DNA of 64,000 nucleotides from Paraspadella gotoi (Eukaryota; Animalia; Chaetognatha): NCBI GenBank assembly GCA_051294375.1, contig JBJCIZ010000282.1, positions 116,161 to 180,160 on the forward strand. Direction: 5' to 3'. This document shows positions 26,550 through 38,437 of this stretch, piece after piece; the first letter of the stretch is position 1; every line of letters starts with the position of its first letter. The position numbers and the translations under genes are program-made. The notes below the pieces were generated by a model. That model had not been told where the DNA came from. It was given only the letters and a program-made list of their open reading frames with translations, and made no database searches.

Positions 26550-28090
26550 GTCCCCGTTGACGTGTGCAATAGAGTGGAGCACTCAAGAATAAAAAAATTA
26601 TTTGAATGATCGAACAATGATATTTAGATGTGAGATAGTATGATTAACTAGTACAAAAAATATTTTGTTCATATTATCTCGGGAACAGAATAGTAAAATA
26701 TAATATATTTGTAGCCATTGTATTAATCCTTTCAGCTTCGTTGAGTTTAGAGATTTAAGCAAAGTTCGAAAATAAGTTCAACGATTTTATTTGTGTACGG
26801 ACATGTTTCAAACTTTGCTTAAATATATTTGTAGTAATATCCTTATAAAATAGTAAATTTTGTTTTCAAGCGCCCTGTCCCTTCTTAACTCAGTACGACC
26901 ACCGGGGCTAGAACCGGACCTTTGGGTTGGGAGCGCGAATGACTTGCCTCTGGCACCAATGGCGAGATGAACGGTGGTGGATTTTACGATAACGAGATTA
27001 TTCTGAGAATAAAATGCGTGATGTGGACCACGCAGGAGTCCAGATCAATTCTACTGAAACTAGATAGGCGTAGGAAATTTTTACGGTTCATAGAATTTCA
27101 GTTTCTCTATTCATCACACAGAAAACAGGTAAAACTAAAAGAATATTTTTAACGTTTACCTTTGAATCGCGCGGAATTTTAAGTTATCTTTTCTGCATTG
27201 ATTAATTTTCCTTAACAAATATTTTGTTTGCATACGGCAAATTTTCCAAGAGATGTGAAAGATCTTTCACACACTTTCACTGGAAATTCACGTATGCGCT
27301 GCCACAAACATCGGAGAACAGCTTTTTAAAAAATCCTTCAAAAGCGTTTAAACCTTGTTTTTTACTCTTTTTTTTTTACTTTTATCATAAATTTTAGATT
27401 TTCCGATATTCTGATGACTCTGGTTTGACGGCGACAACTATAGACCTTCATCAGGATGTTTCTATGAAGAAGTTTTTGACTAATTTTATTATGATCTGCA
27501 AAGAGTGAAAACTCTGCCAAAAAGTTCCTCTTTTTTCTTGTCTCTCTTGCTCTGATTTTTCACCTGTTACTTCATGTGCTTCTTTCTCCTCTTATTTCTT
27601 TCTTCCTACCATTTAAGGAAAATGCTCATGGGTTTTTGGATGAAATCAAAACAAGATTTATTCTGCAAATAAATGGTGATGGTGAAGACACAGGAGTCGC
27701 AGATCAATTTCTACTGAAACTAAGGAAGCTTAGGTCCTATTTTATTATCTAAGGAAGAGGATCGAAGGCAGCAGAAGTCATTTTTTACATATCATTGTTT
27801 TTGCAAGCTGATTTGGTTCGAATCCTGAATTCTGGCCTTTGACCAATCGACTGATTCCTGCGATTCCAGATCTGGGAGATCTTCCGATCCTTTGATCCGA
27901 TTCTTGCTTTGGGTATGTTGATTTTCTTAGTGGACTGCATACCTAGCAATGACCTTGAATTTTGAATTCAAGGTTTAAGAAATAAACCAATATCGATATT
28001 TTAATAGATTTTTTACCCCGTTTTATGTGTGATGCTCCTGATGGTGGCTTGGTGAAGTATTCCTAATTTAATCTCGCCGTTGATTAATTA

Positions 28091-28758
28091 TGTTTGGACT
28101 AAAACCCACCAACCGTTCATCAGCGGCCCATTTGGTGGCCGGATGGCAAGTCATTTCGCCTCTCCCAACCCAAAGGTCCGGGGTTCTAGCCAGTGGTCGT
28201 TCTGTGCAGTTTTAAGAGGACGGGGCGCTAACCCGCCTGTAACATTGTGTTACACCTGATCCGAAGTCAGTGGACTGCTTATATTGACGGTTTCTATCAC
28301 TAACTCATAACAATTAATTACTGTCTCTTCATTGGTGAGCCCGATTCCCGAACACACAGCCAACAACAACACTTTCAGGCGAATGCCTCACCGTGGCGAT
28401 GCACTTTCCGCCCTCAACACATCAGGACGACATGCCTCAACTTTTGTGACGCACTTCCACCAACAAACAACAATTCATGAAGAGACGCAAACAGACATCT
28501 TCCTACGGGAGGGGGGGATGTATGGTGCGACTAAACCCACCAACTCGTTCATTCAGCGGCCATGTGCCGAGGCAAGTCATTCGCCTCCCAACCAAAGGTC
28601 CGGGGTTTCTAGCCCGGTGGTTCGTCTGGCAGTTTAAGAGGGACGGGGCGCTTAACCCGCTGTTAAACATGGTGTTTACAGCCTGATCGAAGCTCAGGGA
28701 CTGCTTATTATTGAACGGTTCTATCACTAACTCATACACAATAATTACTGTCTCTTCA
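28091..28758 (+). mobile_element. TRIM (LTR-PBS-short internal-PPT-LTR)
   Basis: ~240-bp TG...CA direct repeats at 28091-28331 and ~28519-28758. PBS-like TGGTGAGCCCG, PPT GGGAGGGGGGGA, ~190-bp non-coding interior. Confidence 0.8.
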
Positions 28759-30216
28759 ATAATGGTCTAAGTCAGGTTAATGGGTCTGCCTGTAGGTTTT
28801 AGTCTCTGAGGTTCAAAAGGCGTAAGGTTTATTTTCCTTGGAAAACTATTTCAACTCTCTGCCAAGCGCCTTTAATCCTAAGTTTGTCTTGCTTATTTTT
28901 ATTATGGCTGCCTTAGACCTTTATCTTTTTCGCCTAACCTTTGATAAGCGTGTGCTTTAATTTGGGTTTGGTTTCTTTTCCTGCTTTTTCTTCTTTGATT
29001 AACAACAACGGGATAGTACAATTTTCATTTATTTACAGTATAGTATCATCTTCAGCAGATCCAATTCTAAATCTGTGGCGTTTGGAACTCGGGACCTTCC
29101 AAGGCCCAGGAGCTGGAAACTTCAGCCAGATTCGCCACTGGACTGTCAGTTAAAGATTTATTTACTATAAATAATTAATAACAATTCAACTACTCTTTCA
29201 AGGGGAGATTGCATTCTTTTTTATGATAAGACAAAGGAACACTGTTTAGCGCAAACTAATCATCTTGGTTATATTTGTCAGATTTTTTCATTGTTATTCC
29301 ATTAATCTTGGAAACCTTTTAAATCATCCAGAGAAAAATTAACTAGCCTTACTAAACTTGTTATTATGTTTTCTTTAATTGTTAATGCTTATTATAATTA
29401 TTTAATTAATTTAATATAGTTATGATTAGATATTAGATATTTTTAATTGCTTGTTCATGCCAAAGCTTTTGGAATATCTATATGGGCTTTGATTATTTGT
29501 ATTTAGGTACTATTTTTATAAAATGAACACAAGCAAGATTGTTTGGAAAAACTTTTAGCAAAGCTTGATAAACTTTTGTATGCCGCAGTGTGTCAACGGC
29601 ATCCGCCACTATCAGTCAGGGACTCTCAAGACCGATCTTCAACTGGCGCCATCCACATTTGGTCATCCGCGACGTCGGACCTATTCCACTTCTGAAAACA
29701 AGCCAAGCACCGATTAACATCGATGAGCGGACTCCCGCGAGACGCGGCAAACCTCTCGACTCCGCCACAAGCAAATCACAACGATCCTTTGATATTTTGG
29801 CCGCGCTGCCAGAAGCTCACTATTAAAATTCGGTTAACTAATTTTAGTCGGCGCCCTTCGCCGCGCCAACCTTCCGACTTCTCGCCCACAGCGCCGGATC
29901 CGCCGCGCCCTTGCACACTAGGGTGGAGTGATGAAGAGATTCTGAAGTGACTTGAACATTATTTTCTTTGCTGGGCCTATGGGACATATAATTAATGGAA
30001 TTTTTAAATCCTTTTAAAAATTTTTTTAGCATAACAGTTAGCCAAATTCAATTATTTATGTAGTAATATTCCTTATAAAATCGTTCAAATTTCAAAATAA
30101 TTTTTTTATTTTTTAGAAAACTTGATTTGGATTCGCTGTAATAAAACTAAGAAACTATAAAATATGATTTTAATGTTTAGGATCACAAAAAATGACTTAA
30201 AACGTTTTAACATATA

Positions 30217-30513
30217 TGTTTAGGTCGGGCATTGCCTAGGTTCACCCCGCCTCATAAGCATGACACCTTCAGTTCCTGACCGGTGGCTCATTGAGTAAAA
30301 GCCATCAGCTCATGACCACTAAGGTACCGGGTTCAATTCCTAACTTTGCGTACTACCCTGCGGGAAGGCCGTAGGACGCGCCGTAAGCCGCCTTGGGGCG
30401 TTGATCACCCCTCAAGCCTGGTTCAAGCTCCAGGACCCGTTCCATGGCTATAAAGGGTGTTAAAGAAAGTTACGAATAAGTTCATCTTCAGCCCACTTAG
30501 CGCCTTATCCACA
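30217..30513 (+). mobile_element. Second copy of the tRNA-cassette TG...CA element
   Basis: TG...TTATCCACA with TSD TATA (30213-30216 and 30514-30517). A- and B-boxes at ~30284-30340. Confidence 0.65.
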
Positions 30514-32449
30514 TATATAAGTTTCTACTACAGAGAATAAAAAAAGTCAGGAATTTTCACCTTTTTTCTTATTTTTAAACATTTGAAGATGACAGAATTT
30601 TTGATAACATGTGTTATATTTTTGATTCAACTTTTTTATGAAGGAATCTGAATCTTTATTAAAAGTTATGAAATTATTTTTTAAATTTCNNNNNNNNNNN
30701 NNNNNNNNNNNNNNAAAAAAATTATTTTGAAATTTGACGATTTTATAAGGATAAATAATAAATAATTAAATAATTGAATTTGCTATACTGTTATGCTAAA
30801 AAAATTTTTAAAAGGATTTAAAATTCATTAATTATATGTCCATAGGCAGCAAAAAAATAATGTTCAATCACTCAATCTCTTCATCACTCCACCCTAGTGT
30901 GCAAGGGCGCGGCGATCCGGCGCTGTGGGCGAGAAGTCGAAGGTTGGCGCGGCGAGGGCGCCGACTAAATTAGTTAACGAATTTTCAAGTGAGCTTCGGC
31001 CGCGGCCAAATATCAAAGGATCGTTGTGATTTGCTTGTTGGCGGAGTCGAGAGGTTTGCCGCGTCTCGCGGGAGTCGCTCATCGATGTAATCGGTGCTTG
31101 GCTTGTTTCAGAAGGTTGGAATAGGTCCGACGTCGCGGATGACCAATGTGGATGGCGCCAGTTGAAGATCGTCTTGAGAGTCTGACTGGAAGTGGCGATG
31201 ACGTTGACACACTTGGCGCATACAAAGTTTATCAAGCTTTGGCTAAAAGTTTTCCAAAACCAATCTTGCTTGGTTCATTTATAAAATAGTACCTTAATAA
31301 AATAATCAAAGCATATAGATATTCCAAAAGCTTTGGCTGACAAGCAATTAAAATATCTATATCTATCAATAACTATAATTAATTAATTAATAATTATAAT
31401 AAGCATTAACAATTAAAGGAAAACATAATAACAAGTTTAGTAAGGCTAGTTAATTTTTCTCTGGATGATTTAAAATGGTTTCCAAGCTTAATGGAATAAC
31501 AATGAAAAAATCTGACAAATATAACCAGATGATTAGTTTTGCCTAACAGTGTTCCTTTGTCTTATCATAACAAAAGATCAATTCCCTTGTAAAAGAGAAT
31601 TGTTATAATTATTTATAGTAAATAAAATCTTTAACTGACCCAGTGGCGAATCTGGCTGAGTTCCAGCTCCTGGGCTGGAAGGTCCCGAGTTCAAACCCAC
31701 AGATTTAGAATTGGATTCTGCTGAAGATAGTGAATGAGCACGTTGATCGGTACTGTTAAAGACATGAAATATGTGAGGTGTGTTGGTTGTTATAATCAAG
31801 AAGAAAAGGGTGAAAGAGCACACAACATTGACACGCTCTACTCCAAAGGTTTAGGCAAAAGGATAAGTGTCTAAGGCGCCCATAGATATAATAAGCTCAA
31901 AAAGATTTCTTACGGATTAACAGGTCTTAGCATTAAAGTTGAAAAGATGAAGTTTAACAATAGTGTAAATAACTACGGGACTTTGACTCAGGAGACTAAA
32001 ACTACAGGACAGACCCATTAACCTGACTTATGACATTATTGAAGAGACAGTAAGTTATTGTTATGAGTTAGTGATAGAACCGTTCAATATAAAGCAGTCC
32101 CTGAGCTTCGGATAGGCTGTAACACCATGTTACAGGCGGGTTAAGGCGCCCGTCCCTCTTAACTGCAGACAGAAGAGCCACCGGGCTAGACAGACCTTTG
32201 GTATTGGGCACGCGCACATGACTTGCCTCCGGACAATTGGCCGGCTGTGATTAGACACGGTTGGTGGGTTTTAGTCGACTCATATTTTGCAGCGAGTTCA
32301 ATTAAGGAATACTCTTCACAGATGCCCACCATCAAGGCGAGCATTCACGGCAATAAAACGGGGTAAAAAATCTATGTATCAAAATATCATCATTGGTATT
32401 ATTGTCTTTTAAACCTTGAATTCAAAATTCAAGTCATTGCTATGGATAG

Positions 32450-32755
32450 CATCGAAGAAAAAAACCTAACACAGCGAATCGGATCAAAGGATCGGAAGAT
32501 CTCCGAGAATTGGAATCAGAGGAATCATGATATGGTCAAAGGCGGAATCAGATTCGACAATCAGCTTGGCAAAACAATGAATTGTAAAAATGACTCTTGC
32601 CTTCGATCCTCTTCCTTAGATATAAATAAACTAGCTTCCTTAGTTTCAGTAGATTGATCTGGACTCCTGTGTGTGTCTCCATCACCATTTTATTTGCAGA
32701 ATAAATCTTGTTTTGATTTCATCCAAAAACCCATGAGTTTTAGCTCCGTAAAATG
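32450..32755 (+). mobile_element. Solo LTR type A within an older gag relic of the same family
   Basis: CATCG...AAATG, matching 61009-61305. The mirror copy is at ~27610-27940 on the minus strand. Sequence is noisy. Confidence 0.65.
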
Positions 32756-33354
32756 GTTGAGGATAAGAAAGATAAAGTAGTTGGTAGAACGAAGCACATG
32801 AGTAAGGTGAAAATCAGAGAAAGAGAGAAAGAAAAGAGACTTTTGGCAGAGTTTTCACTCTTTGCAGATCATAAAATTAGTCAAAAACTTCTTCATAGTA
32901 AACATCCTGATAAGGTATAGTTGTCGCCATCAAACCAGAGTCATCAGAATATTCGGAAAATCTAAAATTTATGATAAAAGTAAAAAAAAAAGAGTAAAAA
33001 CAGTTAAACGCTTTAAGGATTTTTAAAAAGACTGTTCTCATTTTGTGCACGCCATACCGTGAATTTCAGTAAAGTGGTGAAAGATCTTTACATCCTCTTG
33101 AATTTGCCGTATGCAAACAAAATATTTGTTTAAGGAAAATTAATCAAATGAAGAAAAGATAACTTAAATCGCGAATTCAAACGTGGTAAACGTTAAAAAT
33201 ATTCTTTTTAGGTTTTACTGTTTTCTGTGTGATGAATAGAAACTGAAATTTATGAACCGTAAAATTTCCTATCGCCTATCTAGTTTCAGTAGAATTGATC
33301 TGGACTCCTGCGTGTGTCTCACATCACCATTTTATTCTCAGAATAAATCTCGTT

Positions 33355-34080
33355 ATCGTAAAATCCACCAACCGTTCATCTGGGCGCATTTGGTGCCGTA
33401 GAGGCCAAGTCATTCTGCCTCCTCAACCAAAGGAGTCCGTGGGGTTTCTTAGCCCGGTTGTTCGTTTCGATCTGGGCAGTTAAGCAGCTTCGGGACAGGC
33501 GCGCTTTTGAAGACCTGCCTGGTATACACGGATGTTTGTCTGACACCTGAAATCCAGAAGCTCATGGGATCTGCTTTATATGGAACGAGGTTCTGTCTCA
33601 TTTAACATTATAACTAATTTCTATCTGTCTCTTCATTGGTGAGCCCGACTTTCCGAACACAACCAGCGACAACAACCACTTTCAGGCGACATGCCTCTCA
33701 ACCTGGCCAATGCCACTTTCCGCACAACAAACATCATCAGGCAACATGCTCTCAACTTGGTGACGAAACTTTCCACCAACAACAACCTCAATTCACTGAA
33801 GAGACGCAACAGACTTTCTTCCCTACGGGAGGGGGGGATGTGATTGGTGACTAAAATCCACCAACCGTTCATCAGCGGCCATTGGTGCCAGAGGCAAGTC
33901 ATTCGCCTTCCCAACCCAAAGGTCCAGGTTTCTAGCCCGGTGGTCGTTCTGGCAGTTTAAGAGGGACGCGGGCGTCTTAAACCACCTGTAACACGGTGTT
34001 ACAGCCTGATCCGAAGCTCAGGGACTGCTTATATGGAACGGTTCTGTCATTAACATATAACAATTATCACTGTCTCTTCA
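33355..34080 (+). mobile_element. TRIM copy inserted in the 5' LTR of element A
   Basis: LTR-TGGTGAGCCCG-internal-PPT-LTR (33839-34080) with a 5-bp TSD TCGTT at 33350-33354 and 34081-34085. Confidence 0.85.
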
Positions 34081-37000
34081 TCGTTTTGATTTCATCCAAA
34101 AACCCATGAGTTTTTCCTTTAAATGTGGTTGATAGGACTTCTGGGCAAGGACTCACCCACTCCTTCCGGAAAAAGCAAACAAGACCACGCCATCCCCAAA
34201 ATGGATCCCGTGCCCTCAACTTCCACCGCCGCTGGAAAACCTCCGCCGGTAATCCCACTGCCAAAAGGAAATTGGACGGAATGGCGGGATCCCAACAAAA
34301 CAACGCCCAAGTTGTTTCACGACGACGACGGTAGCAGTGCAGAGGACGACTTAATCCGTACGTTCGAGATGCCACCTGAATTGGCAAAGCATTGCAGACC
34401 CACCACGAAAGATGGAGTCATCGCAAAACAGATCATGCAGGTCGTTAATGACGCAAATATCCAAAATCAAAATAAAATAGATTCTCTCGCCAAAGAACTT
34501 CACGCCATGGACAAAAACATGGTAGAAGCTGGCCGCCATTCTTGCAGACTTGGCATCAACATTGAAGAAGCATCACGAGCTACAGCGCCTCCACCGGTGG
34601 CGTCTCTCAATACATTGAGATGCCCTTATGATGCAATCTCATCAAACATCAGCCCATAATAAAGGCCAGACCTCACGACGACGCCAGATCGGAAGGCGAC
34701 GCCAGCGAGCCGCCGGGCTACACTTCTGGTGAACGCCCAATCAAATTGGAGAAAAGACGAAAAAATGAAACCCCGGAGCAATATCTCAGAAACTTTTACC
34801 AAGCTTACAGATAAAGAGAGATTTACAATCGAAATCAACAATAGCCGCTGGCTCGGACTTCGCGCGATCTTTGAGGCCTCTTCCTTGTCGATAGCTGAGG
34901 CAGACAAGTTGGCAGTGCTCTCCGTCGACCCGTCAGTCCACTCCAGATACGGAGTTGCCCTCGTGAACGAAGCTCTCCAAAAATACGAAAACGTTCGAGA
35001 AAAGGATAAACCATCCATTCCAGATTACGCCCCGCAGCTCCTCATTAAAGCCCTGGAACCATATATGCAGGGCATAACAACAAAAACCCTGGAATGGACT
35101 TAGTTGCTGGAACGTCAGCAATACCTTGACCTTGGCCGGGAAATCGAATACAGGTTAAAAGGTTACCTGACAAGCGGCATCGAGTCCGAAAGGATCAGAA
35201 AAACGGTGAACACGGTCTCTGGCGACGATAAAGAGAAGCTGGTCAGCGCCCTCATCACAAAAGGCCTCACCGACCAAGATCCTACAGCCAGCGCCACAGC
35301 CTTCTACCAAGGGACCATGTTCCAGGAGCTAAACAACATTAACGAGTCTATTAAGGAGATGCGGCACCAAATGGGTAAACCCACACGTTTCAAGGACGAT
35401 CAGGGAGAACGACGCCGTGATGACCCCCGCTTTAACGACCGCCGTTTCGATGATCGACGCCAAGATGAGCGCCGCTACGACGAACGCCAGCGTGGAGACG
35501 TAAGACGTTTCGAGAGAGGCACCGCCTCAAAAGAAACCTGGAAAAACGACAAAGGTGGCCGGAACTGGCGTGAAGACAACAAAAAAGGAAAAAGATTTTC
35601 GAAATTTGGAAAAAGACGAGACATAGTTTTCGTAAATAATGAATTAGAAATTGACTCTGCTGATGATTATACCTTCACTGTAAATAAAGAAAAATTAGAT
35701 TACCTCATTGTCGTTAATCAAAGAAAAAGAAAGGTAGAAGGAAACAAAAACCAGCTAAAGCAAGCTTACTAAGAACTGGGAAAGAAGATAAGTTCAAAGG
35801 AGGCCTTCATTGAAAACAAACAAGACGTTCTCAGAATTAAGAGTCGAGCAAAAATCGCAAATAATTTCAAGGGGAAATCTACTTCAGCAAAGATGCACAA
35901 ATTGCTTAACACCTAAACGCGAGACGAATTAATAGTAATAAACAAGATGATCCATCACATGGGATGGAAAGCCTGGAACGAATACAGTGAGGCCGAACAA
36001 AGGGCCAAAATAAAACGATCCAAAGCCTGTGCCAAGCTCGCCCGAAGGGCGGAACGGAAGGAAACAAACAACAACGCTCCTGTTTCTCCTCTTCTTCCTT
36101 CTCCTCCTCCTCTTCCCTCCCTTGTACAGGTCTTTCCTCCTTCATCCCCTCCATCTCCACCCTTACCTCCATCTCGACCAACAAATAGGCCAAACCCTGC
36201 AAGACGACACAAGCGGCTTGGACTCAGGAAATTAAGACCTATAGGTGGACCCTCGAACCCGACTTATGACATTATCAAAGGCGAGTTCAACAGGGAATCT
36301 CTTCACCAAGCACCATCAGAAGAATAGAAACTGAAATCCACGAACCTGAAAATTTTCTGGCGCCTCAACCAACCACCGAAACGACAAAGGACGAAAAAGA
36401 ATTGCCCCCTTACCAACTGGAGTAAATACGAGAGTCATCACTGAAATCAAGGGCCCAGAGCCATGCGACGACACCGGAAACTCATTCCACGCCGGAAAGA
36501 ACAGTTACATCCCCATCGTCATTGGCGGAGCTCCAGCAAGCTGCTTGTATGATACTATCCCAAGAAAATTTGTCGGGAAATGGGGCCTCGCCACTCAAAT
36601 TTATCACGGCAAGGCATTAAAGCTCTCGACAGTAACAGAAACCATCATGCTAACTGAAATGATAAATATCAGAATAATGTTCCAAACTTGGATCTTAAAT
36701 ACCGTCTTTTACATCTCGGCCAACGAAAATGACCAGGACATCATCATCGGCACAGCAATCACCAATCCTTGACCACCCAACCAAATGTGGGTGGTACAAC
36801 CATCAAAAACAAGAGATGACTTGCAAATGGCATCAATGGATGGCAAACCCATCACTCATCTCTCTCAAAATAAGCATGAAGCCCTCAAAGCGGCAAGTTG
36901 GATGGCCAGAAGAAATAATGATGACCAGATCGAACTCCCACTTCACGTCAAAAAAGGAAAAGATGGCCAAACAAGGTTAACTGCTGACCGAACTTATTGG

Positions 37001-37827
37001 AAAACCTTAGCCAGCTCTAGATGAATTATCCAATCATCAAATGGTAAAAACATTCATATAGTGAACGGAGATGACCTCAGGGACGGCGTCGAGCTAGAAG
37101 CCAACCCAGGGAAATGGGGCCACGCCCTCCCCCTCATAACAAATGAGGCAAAAGCTGAGATGGGCCTCCAGACCAACAACACCGTCAAACCGGTCCAGGC
37201 TTACTTTGGTGGAGACAAACCTCACCTCAGAAAAGTGAGGAAAGAAAATATCCCGCCAACGACCATCGTCCACCACAAACCGACAGAAGAGGAACTAGAA
37301 GCGGTTAGAAAAGCTGGTCAGGCACAAAAAGAGAAACATGACGCTAGAGGAAAGGAGGCATTTTTAAAACCTTTCAAGGATGTCGACCCATCCCTAGCAG
37401 AGAAAGCGCCACTAGTATGCGAAATAGTCTGGGACTACAGAGACGTATTTGGCGAAAGCATCAATGACTGCAAGGAAGGTTTTTTAAACTATAAAGTCAA
37501 CCTTGGATTCTCTGAGGAGGATCTCTCGAAACCATGCTTCGTGAACCAAGGACCAGTTAAGAAAGCAGCATTGGAAGTTTACAAAAACGCAGGGATCGTG
37601 TCGAGAACAAGAAGAGAGGCATACTCAAATGCATTCCTAATAAAGAAACCAGGCCATATTGCAGAAGGACAAGATGAAATGTCCGATAAAACATTTGCAA
37701 AGCATTGGAGACTGATATGCGACTTATCTGCTGTCAACAACATTTCCACTTATGCAACTGAACCACAAACAATAACGTCAATCCTTGAACAATATAAACC
37801 TCACGAGCTCCAATGCTCACTAGACAT

Positions 37828-38437
37828 TAAGGCGTAGTGAAAGTTACATAGAAAATTCTAAAAGTCAATTATGAACAACATACCATCAGTGAACATTAAT
37901 TTGTAAAAAAAATTAATTTTATGTTTTTTAATTTTCGCAGTAGGCTATATTTATATATAGTACTATCCTTATAAAATCGAAAAATTTCAAAATAGGGTTT
38001 TCTTAATTTTGATTGCAGATTTGAATTCCTCGTCAAAAGTTGATAAAAGAAAATATAATTCATTTTTAAAAATTCTTTCATTAAGTGGGTTAAAAATTTA
38101 AAAAACTATATTTAATATATAAAAAATTAATTTTCAGCTTAAAATATAGCTTTTTCTAATTTTTGACCCACTTAATGAAGGAATTTTTCAAAAAGAGTTA
38201 TATTTCTTTTTATCAACTTTTTATGACGAATCCAAATCTGCAAAAAAATCTTTAAAAAAACTGTTTTGAAATTTTAACATTTATTGGTTTAGTACTAGTA
38301 TAAATATGGCCTACTGCGTAAATTGTAAAATTTATTATAATTTTTTTTTATACATAAATTTCATAAGTATAATGTTGTTCGTTCCTCACTTTTAGAATTT
38401 TAATTAAAGTTAAACTTAGGAATTTTACTACGCCTTA
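37828..38437 (+). mobile_element. hAT-like MITE family 2 inside the RT
   Basis: TAAGGCGTAGT...ACTACGCCTTA with an 8-bp TSD CTAGACAT. Removing it restores the RT motif CSLDILACFNQ. Confidence 0.9.

Larger units (their letters stand above)
26865..33500. repeat. Large inverted duplication (~26865-30105 vs ~30715-33500) around a 25-N gap
   Basis: For example, 27061-27160 is the reverse complement of 33185-33290, and 29580-30100 of 30715-31230. Many 1-bp indels between the arms. Confidence 0.85.
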
